Shown here in pieces: positions 22,801 to 36,600 of a DNA stretch of 64,000 nucleotides (position 1 is its first letter; every line of letters starts with the position of its first letter). Position numbers and translations under genes: made by a program. The notes below the pieces were generated by a model. That model searched no databases. It saw only the letters and a program-made list of their open reading frames with translations, and was not told the origin of the DNA. Origin of the DNA: Seison nebaliae (lineage: Eukaryota); NCBI GenBank assembly GCA_023231475.1, contig JALJEE010002316.1, forward strand, positions 124,001 through 188,000, in the 5' to 3' direction.

Positions 22801-24410
22801 TGAAGGAGATGAAAATACAGAAACAGTTTCAACAAAATTTATTTTTTAATTTCGACAAGAATTTTATGGAAATTAATCATAATTTATCTGATGATAATGA
22901 TGTGAATGGTTATCGAATATTTGAAGAGATCTTCCATTTGGAAGCGATCAATGAACAATTTATGGAGGCATATATATTACTTGAGAATCATCAATTAAAT
23001 GAAACACATAAGAATTTCATTCAAAATGATCCATTTTCTGCTCGTGAACGATTCGTCATATTTACGGAAATAATGGAAAAATTGAAAATAAAAAATAATT
23101 CGAATGGAAGTAATGTCATTTCGGATTATATGAAATTCTCTCCACAACAAGATCGAGAGAATTGTATGAAATTGGTTGAAGATGAACGAGATAATTCGAT
23201 CGATATCGATTATTTGTTGGATATTGATGAGAAGGAGGAAATAGATGAAGAAGAATATTTGAAATTATACGATATTGAAACATTAGAGAATTGTTTATGG
23301 ATGAAGAAATTGGGGAAGATATCGAAAGAATTGAAAGGAAATAAAACAATTAATTATTCTCTCTTACATTCATTATTTCAAAAAAAAGTTCAATATGTTC
23401 GATTTTGGTTGACGAACAGTTTTTATTTATTAAGAAAATTACAAGTCGAATATCAATTGGATATGTTGATGACTGGTCGATTGAAAGAATTCAATAAAGC
23501 TATATCAGGAATTCGTGTACAATTGAAAAGAATTTATTCGTTCCTCACAGAAGGTGGAGACGCTGAATTGGAATGTATTAATTCCATTAGTCCCTTCAGT
23601 GACGGTCTCCGATATTCGGTAAGACCAAATCGAAAAGTCTGGAGAAATATGTTAATGTTGAGTGGTGGTGAGAAGACATTGGCATCATTATCCTTAGTTT
23701 TTGCACTTCACGCTTTCCGTCCTTCTCCCCTTTATGTCATGGACGAGATTGATGCAGCATTAGATTTCAAAAATGTGACCATAATTGGTCAATTCGTACG
23801 GAAGATCGCTTCGATTAATTGTCAGTTTATTATCATCAGTCTTCGCAGTGAAATGATGGAACAGAGTTCAGTAATTATCGGCATTTATAAATTGGGCGAT
23901 CAATCGAATAATGTGGCAATTCTGTCACCTGCTTACAATTGTGTGACATCGGCGGCCGTTCAGAGACTGAAGATGAGCAAAGAAACTCAACTACAATTGA
24001 CGGAGAGTAATGGAGTGAATATGGATCGAAACATTGTTGCATTCATCAACAAGTCAAGTCACATTATGACGGAGTTAATGGAGAATATACGACGACTTCG
24101 AGAATTACCGGGAGTGGAGAAGGATTTGGATGAGAATAACGATTTCCAAATCGATTGGGATAATTTATCCACTTTACATTCGTCGTCTGAATCGATGTCT
24201 AGAGATAAATTGAAAATTGAAATAGCTCGAAATTTCGATTCTTTATTCATCGATATGTCTAGGAATGAACTTCAAGACATTTACATTCAACATATTCTCA
24301 TAGAGAATTCTATCGAGAATGAAACGACATTTGATTATTGTCAAATATTCAAATCATTCGTCCTTTACAAGTTTTCGAGAGATACTAATCAACATAATAT
24401 CTTACAATAA
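19824..24410 (+). CDS. SMC4: Structural maintenance of chromosomes protein 4 (condensin), intronless
   Basis: ENFKSY, Walker A GPNGNGKS, KKIRSQKLSVLIH, RFLILQGEVE, hinge (GRLGELG, SGSMSGGG), LSGGEKTL, Walker B YVMDEIDAALDFKNV. First in-frame ATG at 19824. Confidence 0.95.
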   Translation: METNLEAFDIEQISQQDLQQFDFRHIATDCMRTRAMIAKNISAAQRLIITNIFMENFKSYFGRHRLGTFNPNLSCIIGPNGNGKSNIIDALLFVFGFSAKKIRSQKLSVLIHRPQMERHVNINSCRVDIEMGMWNGLTNSVNSAKFIISRVVNKNGNNHYELNGVAVGRNKILDLLSSYGIDLEHHRFLILQGEVEKISGMQSMDLIDYVEDAIGTIRFKKPVNIMEKLLSEFIEESSKRSLEETQSAIALKKLIENCQKVKMEIDERNEKNRKGFSYYRLMNFICTLQLKILKNRKQIEEKKKNESEKLMNEKQIELIRIENELKKLRMKKDWKTKELDEWKKKKMSLEKEMKKIERKLEEIHLTIVDCEKDILEYQEKLEELKKNEKDKEWKEYLNNKNELKLNLDEEINEERQKCQIEQMNEDKRLGSIGKEKLKMEEEYLSPLTNRLTQFNGNLQKLCLEKKRISSDIDVKELNEKIESLSFEIDKEENKIEIYREEMNELMLSIGKNDKNMEQMEKEFERIGKKKENLQIELEKLSNELGNAKEVQLTTRSSTGTDRVLKDAQLSGRINGFHGRLGELGSIDAPYDIAVSTAFGNLMNFVVNDMNCGRECVKILRENECGVSSFISLKDIEYMRRRMENQFQCPNKAKRLFDLVKFSDNRYRLPFYFVMGDTLVTDTLDDAKSIAYQSKQQNYRTRIVTMAGQLIEPSGSMSGGGRQKRGLMNLNRVSRVSSNKCRTKSITQKSNKELEVECENKKLEIGKLRGEFEFLEDKIGPLKIELESQRKLLKEHRQMIERINMTNEMKMKSLKEMERMKVKVDENQPKIDKFEKEIEFNEKELEFVKEEISKEKKKINDLFKTRLKPSEAIEEFNKRIETLIKDRLEIVNDMVKMTNMMEKREKEMKELERALKKSRKRLSNSNYQSEDLKNQLVYFEREWNSDVQQNLEEEQFELNENLNKLTNEHNYKSKEHKEEIEKMKNVNVKMEDVLKEMKIQKQFQQNLFFNFDKNFMEINHNLSDDNDVNGYRIFEEIFHLEAINEQFMEAYILLENHQLNETHKNFIQNDPFSARERFVIFTEIMEKLKIKNNSNGSNVISDYMKFSPQQDRENCMKLVEDERDNSIDIDYLLDIDEKEEIDEEEYLKLYDIETLENCLWMKKLGKISKELKGNKTINYSLLHSLFQKKVQYVRFWLTNSFYLLRKLQVEYQLDMLMTGRLKEFNKAISGIRVQLKRIYSFLTEGGDAELECINSISPFSDGLRYSVRPNRKVWRNMLMLSGGEKTLASLSLVFALHAFRPSPLYVMDEIDAALDFKNVTIIGQFVRKIASINCQFIIISLRSEMMEQSSVIIGIYKLGDQSNNVAILSPAYNCVTSAAVQRLKMSKETQLQLTESNGVNMDRNIVAFINKSSHIMTELMENIRRLRELPGVEKDLDENNDFQIDWDNLSTLHSSSESMSRDKLKIEIARNFDSLFIDMSRNELQDIYIQHILIENSIENETTFDYCQIFKSFVLYKFSRDTNQHNILQ

Positions 24411-24702
24411 TTTATGTTTCCCTCCTCATAATTTTCATTCATGTGTTGTCCTTTCTTCTTTATCATTTTTTTTTTTTTTTTTTAAATTTGAAATTTTATG
24501 AAAAAAAAAATATTAATTTTATGATTAATTTTATGATTCTTTTCTTTCTTCCATTGTCAAATTGGAAAGAGAGAATGAAAGAGAATAAATTTTATGAGAT
24601 ATAAGAAAGATTCTGTACAAAATAAAAATTGAGTTATTTCTTTAATTGTCTATACTATTCATATGAGTTACTGGAAGTGATTTGTTTTTTGGAGAGAATG
24701 AG

Positions 24703-27700
24703 TCAAATATATTCCGTCGTATAATATTTGCTCGTATCTTTCATGATGACATGGAGTGGATTGAATGGTGGAATATTGTTCGATGATGATGTTTCCTTCT
24801 CCTCGCCCTTCAAAAGTTTCGTCTTCTCTGACATTTCCTCTTTCAAATTCTCTTCATTTGTTGGTCTGAGCAGATGATGTCCGTTAGCGGACGAAAATGT
24901 CGATGAAGATGAATAATCAGCGACCAAATGTTTCAACGTTGCACTATCATCCTTGTACTCTTTGGGCGGCTTTTTATAATCCACATCATCAATATCGATA
25001 CCGGCAGAGAATTGTGGATCGCAATATTGTGACAATGACGCCACCGTACTACACACATTATCATCAATCTTCTTTTTATTCTTTTGTTTACATGCGAGAT
25101 AGTTGGCTTGATGTAGAAGTGATTTACATTTATATTCATCATCGATACTACTACTACTAAGACTTGGAGGTAAATTTTTTAAAACTTCTTCCGCATTTTG
25201 AATTGGTGCTAGAAAATGAGATTTTTCAGCTTCGTTAAATGAATTTCCGTCTTCACTGGTCGCCTGTCCTATCGACTGAATTTCATCGAGTAGTTGTGGC
25301 TGACCGAAGGCCGAAGTATTTGAGGAGAATGTCGGCCGTGTAATCATCTGACTTAATGACTGACTATTCGATAACGTATCAGCAGCTGATGGTGCTACCG
25401 CTGTAATTGATGGTTTTAAAGTTTCCGTTGTTGGTTGTGAACGGTCGAAAACGACGATACTTATCGGTCCGATATTATTGTTGCTAGTTATGTTGCCCGT
25501 GTGTGTTGTTCCTGTGTTTGTTGTGGTAATTTTTTTTAGAGTAGAATTATCAATTTCCGATTGTCGAACGGTTATTGTGTGATCAGATATCGGTTGTTCG
25601 TTGTCTTCAGGAATACATGATGATGAATCGAATGTTGGAGGATATTGATTGGAAGTGAGTGGCGTTCTCTTATTTACATTTTTGTTACTTCGATGAATCG
25701 CTTCCACATAACTTCGACGATATTCCTTCGAATTCTTCAATGTATCATTCGTTCCCGTTTCTTTATCTGTTCCCGATCCCTGACTATTTCTTGTTCGCAT
25801 CGAATAATTGGTTGAACCAGATTGTGCGAATTTATTAAATTTTCCCGTTCGATCACTCTCATAATCTGTGGAAGTCAATTCAAAACTCGAATATTCGTCC
25901 GACGCCTCATTCATCGAACTCGATAACGGTGACGGATATGATGACGACACATAATCCAAATGGACCAAATCTCGATTCACCATATCATACATGTCCATCT
26001 CATCGAAAATGAATTCGTTCTCGTACATGGTGGGCGAGGTATTGGTTGCTGCGATGGCAGTTTGAGGTTTCTCTTTTTGGGAGAATTTTGGAAGACTTTG
26101 TTTCCCCAAAAGATTTTCTCTTTCATCATCGATTAATGTTCCATTCGAATCAGCTAATTCGGTGAAATTATTCGTCAAATTATTATTGATGATGTTATTG
26201 ATGTGATTGGAACGATTAAGGAGATGTGTCTTCTCTTCTAAATCGATTGAACGGAATGAATACGATTTATTCTCATCAGACGTTCGATGTTTCGATGTGG
26301 AAATTAATGATTGTCGTTTACTGGAAGATGGATTGATTATATTTACATTCTCCACATTCTCCAACAAACATCTTGATGGATTCTCATCAATCACATAACT
26401 GCCACTACTCGAACTTCGACTTGACGAACTGGTTTTCTGGTCTCGGTCACTCGGATCTTTTCCATTCGTTCGAGGTTGTTGAGAAGCCAAAGAATTTTTT
26501 TTGAAATTTTTCATATAATTTTGATTATTCTTTATCGAATTCTTCGCTAAACTACTTCTTCGACTACCGATGAGTGTGATGGATGAAGAAGAACGTGAAA
26601 CGGAATTCTCAACAATTGTCTGTTTTCCTTCTTTCGTTTTCCCATCAGATTTTGTGGAATAATTCGGTATAATCGGTTTCGTTGTCATATTCGTCTTCAT
26701 CAATTGTTCTTTTTTCATCTCTTGTTGATGATGTAATTGATCGTCATCTTTCTCTAATTGCATATCATTATGCTCGTCTTCACCACGATAAGCTCGAAGG
26801 AATCGTGATTTGGAGACATCAGCGATAAATCGATCAGGTATCATCGATTTATGATCGTCCTTTGCACTAATCGATTGGATTTCTGGTTTTTGTATGGTTG
26901 TCGGAATCGTATCAGGAATATCAATGATTTTCGTTTTACCCGATGATTCCGTTACCTTTACTGGAACTTGTTTATCCGTTGTTGGTTCCACTTTTACCGT
27001 TTCTTGTGCTTTTCCATCTTTTTTTGCTATTAACGTTTTTGCCGCTGCACTTGTCGTACCGGATTTGATACCTTTCGTTGGTTTCTGCATTTGAGCAGCA
27101 CGATTAGTTGCATTACCAATAATTCCTTGTCTAAAATGACGAGGAAGAACAAGAACAAGGAGACGAATGATAAAAAAATTTTTGAAAAAATTTGAAAATT
27201 TTTTAAAAATAAATTAATTAACCTTTTCAAGATGAAAACGATAATAATAATAAAGATGATGATCAATAATGCCACACTGCAAATACATGTAACAATGAGA
27301 AGTTCTAATTAATTGGAATGAGATTTGATGGGGGAGAAAAAGGAAAATTAACCGTAATAACTATGGCTTCTATCATCGACGTAAATCACTTTACCAGTAG
27401 AATTCTTCAATTGATGACTGTCATATCTACTGTGATTCCGATAATAGTTACCCAACATGTCGGCATTGGCAGCGAGACTATCAGCGAAAACTGTGGAGGA
27501 AGGAGAAAATGTTAAATTGGCAATTTAATGATGGAAATGGATGAGATTATTATTTATGTTTATACAAATTATGCTTTCATTCTTCTCTATGATTGATGCA
27601 TTGGACTTGCAACCTCATATCATGCATGATATAAATCGTCATAGATGAAATTGTTGAGGATGATAAATTATGTCATAGACAAAAGAGGATGGAAAAGATA

Positions 27701-30639
27701 ATGGGCCTGAGAATTTGGTATTGGTATCTATTAATATGAATAATGTCATGATATATCGTTTGAAGGTGGATGGTGAGGTAGTTCTATTTCTGCATATTCA
27801 TACGAATGAAATGTTCCTCCATACTACCATCGTGAATGTAGATGATGGAATAATCTTTGGAAAATCATGTTTTCAATCAATCATTATCAGAGATGAATAT
27901 ACTGAAGATAATTCATTTCATCCTTATGGTTTGTTATGTGAGTTAATTGGAATTTGAAAAATGGATACTGTAAACGACAAATAAGGAGGGCTGTATCTGC
28001 AATTTCGTTCGACGAGAATAATTGTCGAAATCGCTATTTATTCAACTTCCACTCATTATTAGAAGATTTATGCTCGTGTTGTCATATCAGAAGATTGTGT
28101 CGAGATTATATTTCCCAGTCAGTACACGAGATATGAGCGAGCACACGTCTTCTCATTGTGAATACATTAGGAATATGAACTTGGAATAAAATCATCTTCT
28201 GACGGTGATGAAGTATAAATGAATATTGAGATGAATAAACATCATTTCTCTTTTACAACACATTCACTATCATAAATCCAGTTTATGAGAAGAATAATTC
28301 GAAGTAGTAGTTGAAATACATAATCATATGCAATTGGTAAGAAATTATCTTATCGCCATAATTAAAATTAATTCAATTATTCGTTAGTCTGTTTATTCAA
28401 CGTCTTTTCTCGAGAAGGAATAATGTTAACTATTTCTAAACAATTACCTGTTGATTGTAGTTTGAAGAAATTGTCTTCCTCCTTCCAAGTTGGCAAGTTA
28501 TCTATCCCATTCTTCTATATCTTCCTCTTCCACCTAATCTCTTATTCATATTCCTTCTCTTCCCACTCCCAATCTTTACAAAAAGAAATTCAATCTTTGT
28601 CATATTCTTTCCTGTTCCAATTGCCTACTTCTTTCTTCGCCTCCACCACTACATATGTGATGGAGAAAAAATTATAGAAAAGTTGTGCATTCTATGTGCA
28701 CTATACATGCACTACTCCTCAACCTTCAGCGCCCAATATTTCCTTTCAATAATTTCCATATAATCATTCCGATATAACATTTTATTAAAAAAATAATTTA
28801 ATCAATTAATGGACAACTACATCAATGAATATTAATTGAATATTCCTATAATCATTCCAACCATCCATCTGCTATTACGTATGGTTCCAATAAGATCCTC
28901 TATGGTTTCCCTCCATCCAATTTTCCTTACTTAACTCTTATGTCATGTAGAGAAGAGTGAAAAGATATGATTTGAACGAATTTAACGACTTATTTTAAGA
29001 TGAGATAATTATTGTGACTAACTCTCATAATAGAGTGTGAATGATTCGTTTCCAATTAGACTGACGAAATATTGGATTTCAATCGACGATATCGATCCAT
29101 TATAGACAATTGGTGCCGATTTATAATTCAATAGATTCTCCGAATATGTCTTTATCTGTTTCTCCCATTGACATGCATCGAATGGGACACGAGTCCAATT
29201 TTTCCCATAAATGTAGACGTAAAAGACCAAAAGTTGTCGACAATAAACTGACGATTTGCTTTGAAAGAAACTTGAAGCTCCATGAATTAGTCGAACTTCG
29301 ATCCATTTGGTATTCAATGAATTGGGTTGATCTCGTTTCTTCCTAAAATTAATGGTGGAATTCGATTTCATCGTCACCAGACCAGATGAATGATCTTCAT
29401 CTTGTAAGTTGAAATATTGTTGATCATCCGGATAATAATGAGATATGGATGAATGTTTCTTCCTGTTATTTTTGCCCAACTCGTGCTCATCCAATTGTTC
29501 ATAATTATAATTTCCATAATAATCATCAGGCGAAGAATAAATTCGACGGTTACGTCTACGAATACTTGATTTAAGTTTTGATTGTTTTGATGGTTCGTCG
29601 TTGTTTGTTGAGACTAAAATCCGAGTGAAACATAACGAATTGTAATGGTTCTTGTATTGTTGGAGTTGTTGCGAGTATCCATCAACGTCAATCTGTGCAG
29701 TTTTGAGTAGTTGAATTGAAGTTGTTATCAGTGCAGCACGATCTTCTATCAATGTTATACCGGATGCTTCACTACTATATTGGTTATCGATGACTGATTT
29801 GCATAAATTATGAACTAGAAATTTAAATTTTATAAACATTTTAAACAAATTATAAAATCACCTTTAACACATTCATAATCGAATTGTGCATAATAAGTAA
29901 ATGATTCGATATCAGACATCGTTCCACCACCAGATCCACTACTATAATCCACATCATCCGCTAACAACGGATCGATATTTCTCTTATCCATTGCTTTTCT
30001 TATTCGTTCACGACATCCTTTCATCACATAATATCCAACATTGATCTTACACGATTTACTACCAATACAATCCTTCCGATGTTTCATGATAGTGCACGAA
30101 TTGGGATGTGTCTGTTGTCGGTCATAATAACAGAGAGTCGACTCTTCATTCGTTATTCTTGAAATGATTTTCACAGCTGACGCCAAATTACCGTATCGAA
30201 CTCGAGCTGTCTGAAGAACATGTTGTTGGGGACAAGTAACGGTGAAATTACCATCAGACCAACAACGATGCTCCGTCAAAATTTCACAATTAATCAAAAT
30301 TGTTGCTGAAAAGGAAAATTGAAAATATTAATTATCGTCATATTCAACTTCACCATAAACTAAAGAGTACTAATTCAAAATAGGGAAAAAATTCTGCTAG
30401 AAATATTTAATAATTTTTTTTCCTCAAAATTTAACTAAACTAAAACTAAAAGTTCGACATGTCAGTTTAACGAAGTTGTGGAATTGAAAAATAATTATTC
30501 TTAATTTTCCACTTTAGGAAGAAAACGAATGAATTTTTAAGTGAATGTTTTAGATATGGGAAAATTGTCTGAACGAACTTTTCAACAGAAGAATAATTGT
30601 GATGTATAATCGCTTTGATATTGGGAGTTGTTGGAACAT
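24703..30639 (-). CDS. Single-pass receptor-like protein, ~1314 aa: signal peptide, SUEL/galactose-lectin-like Cys domain, CUB-like region, TM, ~810-aa disordered tail ending KYYTTEYI
   Basis: Exons 30639-30579, 30305-29862, 29814-29023, 27490-27353, 27304-27223, 27130-24703 sum to 3945 nt in one frame and link four separate ORF-track entries. TM LLIVTCICSVALLIIIFIIIIVFIL-KR. Confidence 0.7.
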
Positions 30640-33600
30640 AGAGGTAGTTTTAAGAGAGTAGTAAGAAGAAATACATCGCTGCTTCTTCAACAAACGAAAG
30701 AGTTGTGTACTTCGACCATGGTAGGAATGGTTCATAACAGATCGATTTCATTCATATGATATATTCAGCGAATTGAGCGTTAGTTCTCGACAGGAACTAA
30801 TCTTTGATTAATCGACTTGGGCAGACTCACTGTGGGTGAGATGGAAGAATGGGAAAATCGGAGAAATGGTATTCGCTGAAGAAGAAAATACTCATTCTTT
30901 CTCACATCTCACATTGATGTCCATCTGTTCATTCCACGTAATTCTAGCAGAATAGAACTCTATTAGAGAATTGGATGTAGAATTTAGTAGAGAATTGATG
31001 TCATATAGTTGAAATTTGGACCGATTGAAAGTTATTGGGAAGAGAGGCAAATATTAATAAGAAAGATATGAGAACTACGACTACACTATTGAGTATCCTT
31101 GAAGGAATTATGTTGGATAAACTATTAATAAAATTAAGAAATCTTCCATAAAAGAACATGAATGAGAATACAATAATAAAGAGATTATTTTATCGATCAG
31201 CTTCTCCGTCAGTTATCTGCTATGTCTCTCTCGAAACGAATGTCTTCCTCTCGACAATATCTACTACATCTTCACCAATTGCACTTGTTATTGTTAGTGG
31301 TGGTGATGGTGATGGTAGTGGAGTTGGGAGAATGGATTGGTATGTTCTCGACATAATTGGCATGAAGTGAATATTAATAAGAGGAAAATTAATGAATACG
31401 AAGTAGATTGAGGCGGTTGGATGAGAATGAGAAAAGAAAAGTATTAAAATTTCTTATCACCTTTTCATTAATTGAAGCACCGTTCAATTAGACCAATTCT
31501 ACCAGGAAGTCTGAATACAATCGAAATTGTTCATGATTAACGGGAAATGTTGATGAACATTCTCTTTCTTTTCTTCTTTCCGAGAATGACACAGTTAATC
31601 ATCATGATAGTGATAGGGAATGGGAAGAATTGTAATGAAAAAATAATCAACATTACTATAATTCTTTCCTCATTATTTTCCTCGATAAAAATGAGAATAC
31701 CAAGGGAAATAGTCTATGCAATTTTTTAATCATGAGAACTGCTCATTCGTCCTACTTAAAATCCTTTTTTATCTTCATCCATTTACTGACGATCATATTT
31801 TCCGTCAATTGGCATTGTGTGTGCACTCGATTCAATAGATGTCTTTCTCAGCTCAATTCAATTTTTTCACTTGTTTTTCTCATTCATTCCTGCTTGACAT
31901 CCACGATCATGATAACGAACCATTAACCCAAAATTATTGGGATAATACTCATAACCGTCAACAGAAGAACGATTAATCATGACGAGAGAAAAGTTATATC
32001 GATAATTTAATAAACTTTATCAATCTGGTGGAGAGGGGAAAACGAATTAATTTTTCTTTCTAATCCATCAAAAATTTTGTGAAGTTTTCTTTTCCTCATT
32101 CCAATGGATTGATTCCATGTCGACGACGGTTATGACGAAATGAATATTGGAGAGAATAAAAGTGAGAAGAATTGAGAGAGGAGAATAATGCAGTAGAATA
32201 TATAATGTAAGTTCAATTGCTCATTCTCATTTACCAATTTATGCAGTCGCCGAATTTATTCTGATGCTTTCTAGCTACTTTCCACAATTCTTTCTATGAT
32301 CGATTCATTCATCTATTTAATTTCTTTTCTATTAATTTATTCATTCATTTCCTCCCACAACTCATCATTAGCACATAAATTCTTCCATTATGCCATTACA
32401 CTTCTCCAACTCTCCATTTATTAGATATAATTTACTCAGTTCCGATTCTGTGCACATTCCATACAGAATGTTATGTAATTAATTCTGATTCATCAGATGA
32501 TTCTGATTCGTCTCCTCACCATATTCTTCATGTTCATCCGTAAAACATTTACATCGAAGGAATTAAAATAATAGTTCAATTGATAAATGGAATATGATAT
32601 CATAAAAGATGAAAAAAAACATGAGGACTTTAATGAGAGTAACATTCATTCTCGATTACCGGTATCATCCGCTTCCTAAAGTGCTGAAGTTTCCACATCA
32701 AAAACTAATTTATACTTTTCTCAATCCTCTAATAATTTCTCCTCATTTTCCGTGAATTGAATTAGTTATTTAGAGAAGATTCATTTATTTCCATTTATCA
32801 AAGCAAATCATCACAGTACAATCTTACCAATACAACTACAATATATACATCGAATTATATACTTACAAATTAAATGTTACAATTGTGAATTGTGCATTAA
32901 TATTCCATAATAAATTGACATAACCACCAAAAAAAATAATATGGTGAAAATTGAGTAATGTTGTTCCTTTCCGTCTTCTAGTATCTCCACGCCGCTCAGA
33001 TGATTGAGAAATAAGTCGTTCATGGTTTAATCTACATATGAAATGGCAAGGAAACTTTTCTTTGCCTACCTTAATTCTCAAAGAGTTTCCTTATGGAACT
33101 TTCCAAATCAATAAACGATAAGAATGAAAAGTCAAATTATCCTTTTATTCACAATTCCGCTCTTCTTTATTTGCTTAGTTCATTATGTTCATTGAAATCA
33201 TCAAACAATGACCAGCTTCCTCTCTCAGATAGGTGGGAATTCCATAGAACAGGATATGTGTCTCTCTCATTTGAAATTCTCTCCAATTATCGCACAAGGA
33301 AACGAGTATTTGTATTAGAAAGATTGTTTTCGCTTCAAAAATTTTTTAATACAATTGTTCTCATTATTATTACCTTTCTTATTTGTTTTCCCCTTCTCCA
33401 TTATGCTCAACTATTGGTGTATGCAAATAAATATTTCGTTATGTCATGAGTAATATGCAGAAGTTCTGTTTGGCAAATATGTGAGTTCAGTTTAATTAAG
33501 CGATTATTGACAATTCATTATAACGGGTTTAAATGAAGAATAAAATTCTAGGGAAAAAACAAAATTTTGTGCATTTTCATCTTCAAACTAGAATCGAACT

Positions 33601-36600
33601 TCATCATCATTATCAGAGAAAAGATGATAAGATCAAAATAAAATAATTTCTTAAATTAATTTAATAATAAATATAAGTTTCCAACATTAATTACCTGTAC
33701 TTCATGCACATATCATTAAATAATTGATGAATAATTCATACTGTTTCATAATTGATATAAAGATATCAGATTTCCATTATATATTTTCACATAATTGGTA
33801 AATATATCCAGATGATATTACATTTATTTCGAAACGACGGATAATACATTATGTGATATTAGTGCATACATAGTGCACGGATCAAGGATATGCATAGGAA
33901 TAATGTTCGTGGAGAAAAAGAGAAACATATCGTCAATTTATTTTCTGTTTTAACGACAACATTTCTACAAACGTATATTTACGTTGAATTATTCCTGTTT
34001 GTAGGGAAGAATTCATCTAGATTCTCTTATTTATTTCTCTTCGACCTTCCCATACGAATGTAATCAGATGAGAGAAGAGAAGTTATCAGAAATAAATAGT
34101 GCACTAGAAATTAATTCGAATTAAACATTTGAGAATCATAATCTTTAACAAACAACCAATAATAATTAGTAAAGGATTTTCGATAGGAAATTGGGAGACT
34201 TGTTTTCTCTTTCGATTTTTCTTCATCAAAAAATTTACCTTTTTATTATCCGTCATTTCTGATGTCAATAATGATTTCCATCAGATAATTCTTAAATAAT
34301 GACAATATGGAACTCAGTTATGAAGCGGCCGCCGGCCAATGAAAACTTTCACTATTCCCACTACTTAACAATGTTGACCTAAATGGTGAGAATGTCGTAA
34401 TTCGACCGGTAAATAATCATACTTGAACGATATGTACAAACATACAAATTGGGTTTAATCGATTATCATTTCCATTGCGATTAGGTTGGGCAAAGAAATT
34501 AGAAAAGAAGAAACAATGTAAGATATCGATTAATATGAAAGAAATTGTTGATTATAGATGATTGTGGAAGATGGAGGAAGAATTCCTCACAAAACATGAA
34601 AAAGGAAATTGAATTTTTATATGGAAAGGCAATTTCAGTCGATTCTTACAATATACATCATCAATCTAAAAAAAACAATTTTACAGGAATTTTTTTGTCA
34701 TTTGCTCTTTTTCCATTTCAAAATTGATGCTCAATTCATGAAGCCAAAAAACGAGAAGGAACTACATTACGATCGAATCACAGAAGAAGAAAAAGGAAAA
34801 ACTCTTTCTTTCCTCTGTCCGCTCGTCCCCTGCCCCCGAACAATATTCCACTACAATCGTTTTAATGATTACTTTTCTTATTCTCTTCATGTATCATATC
34901 TGAAATTACATATATATAGACATTCCGATAAAGACTATACATAAGTCTATGATGTATCTATGTTTTACCTTATTTGTATTGTTCAGGGATATATATAAGC
35001 ATTCGCTTACCACTAATATTACTCCACTATCAAATTATCCACTACGACACAGCTCTTGAGAGTGAGGAGTGCATTAATATGAAAATAATTTAAATATACG
35101 TAACATTGGCACATCAATGTGGAATGGAATGAGGACGAGAGAACAATGAATGTTAATAAAAGAAAAGTAAGGTGGAGAACGTGTCTTTAGATTTTATTGC
35201 ATAAAACATATTAATCATTCATTCATTTACATTTCGTGAGAAGAAGATAATTCACCGATCAAATATTCATGCTGATTTTTATCTTCATCATTCATTTGTT
35301 CCATTATCATAAAATAAAACTTCTTATGGAACGACATGTAAGCGGTTAGTTTGACGTTAGGAAATGATTTGATGAATTTACATTAAATTTGAAATTAAAT
35401 TGGAAGTAAGTCAAATTTGAAATATTTTCCTCATTTCCTAATTTTTCCTTCATCAATCTTTTAATCGTTTTCAATTAAATCGAATAGCGAGAGAATGCTG
35501 GTGGTGTGATTACATAATAGTTATATTGGTTTCTATTCGAATAAAAGATGATAATTGTATGATAATGGGACGAAGAAGGAGTGAAGCAGAGATCGTGAAA
35601 GCGGGAAAGAAAACAAGTGAGCCATTTCTGGTGGAATGCAATTAATTTCTTTCTCATTTCCTCCTTTGCATGTGGAAGGAGTACGAAGAGGCAATGAATG
35701 TCCCGATGATTTGATGAGATGTAAAAGAAAGGAATTAATTTCGATTTATTACGAATTTGCACAGTCAATGGAATGTTCGGTTAGTTTTTTCTTTCGATGT
35801 TAACCAATAATGATAAGTTACTTTTCCTTGGTTATAATCCGATAATTCGACTGAGAATAATTTCGAGAGGAATTGAGCAGAGAAGAATGTATGATTGGTA
35901 AATAAGTTTTCATCTTTATGATTGTTGTGCAGCAATTGACGATTATGGAGAAGATGGGATAAGAGTTATGCTATGATTTAATAGAATGTTTGTTAAATCA
36001 TGAAATCCAACAATTTCATTAATATGATATTTTCTTTATTAATTCAGTTCACATAGAAACCAAATAGAATTGTTATAGGAAATTGAATGGGAGGAAATTT
36101 TCATTCCTTTCTTCTAATATATGCACAACATGAGCACAACATAATAATATTTTGTATGCATAAGAAGATGCCACATAATATGCACATCGTTCACACCATA
36201 GAAGGGGAAAGAATGATGTATAAATATTTATTAGAATCATATGGTCGAATGAACAGGAACTAGATTTCTCTTCAGATGTTCTTCCTTATGACTGTTACAT
36301 TAGAGATGGATCATGGTTATAATGAATGTTTCCATCAATCATCAACAAATGAAAGGAATGGAGGAGGAGTTCGTCCATCTGATATGAAATATTATCAATT
36401 AACATCGAAAGAAAACAATGTCCAATATGCATCTACAACTACAATGTCTCGAGACCAACACAATCTCGATCAATTTCGACTTGAATCGATAGTAACCATC
36501 TGTGTGTGTAATGGAAATTGTCGATTGAATAATAGTGAAGATGGAGGAAGAGGAGGAGGAGGAATGTTCTCTTGAAGAAATTCGCTTAAAATTAATTTCA

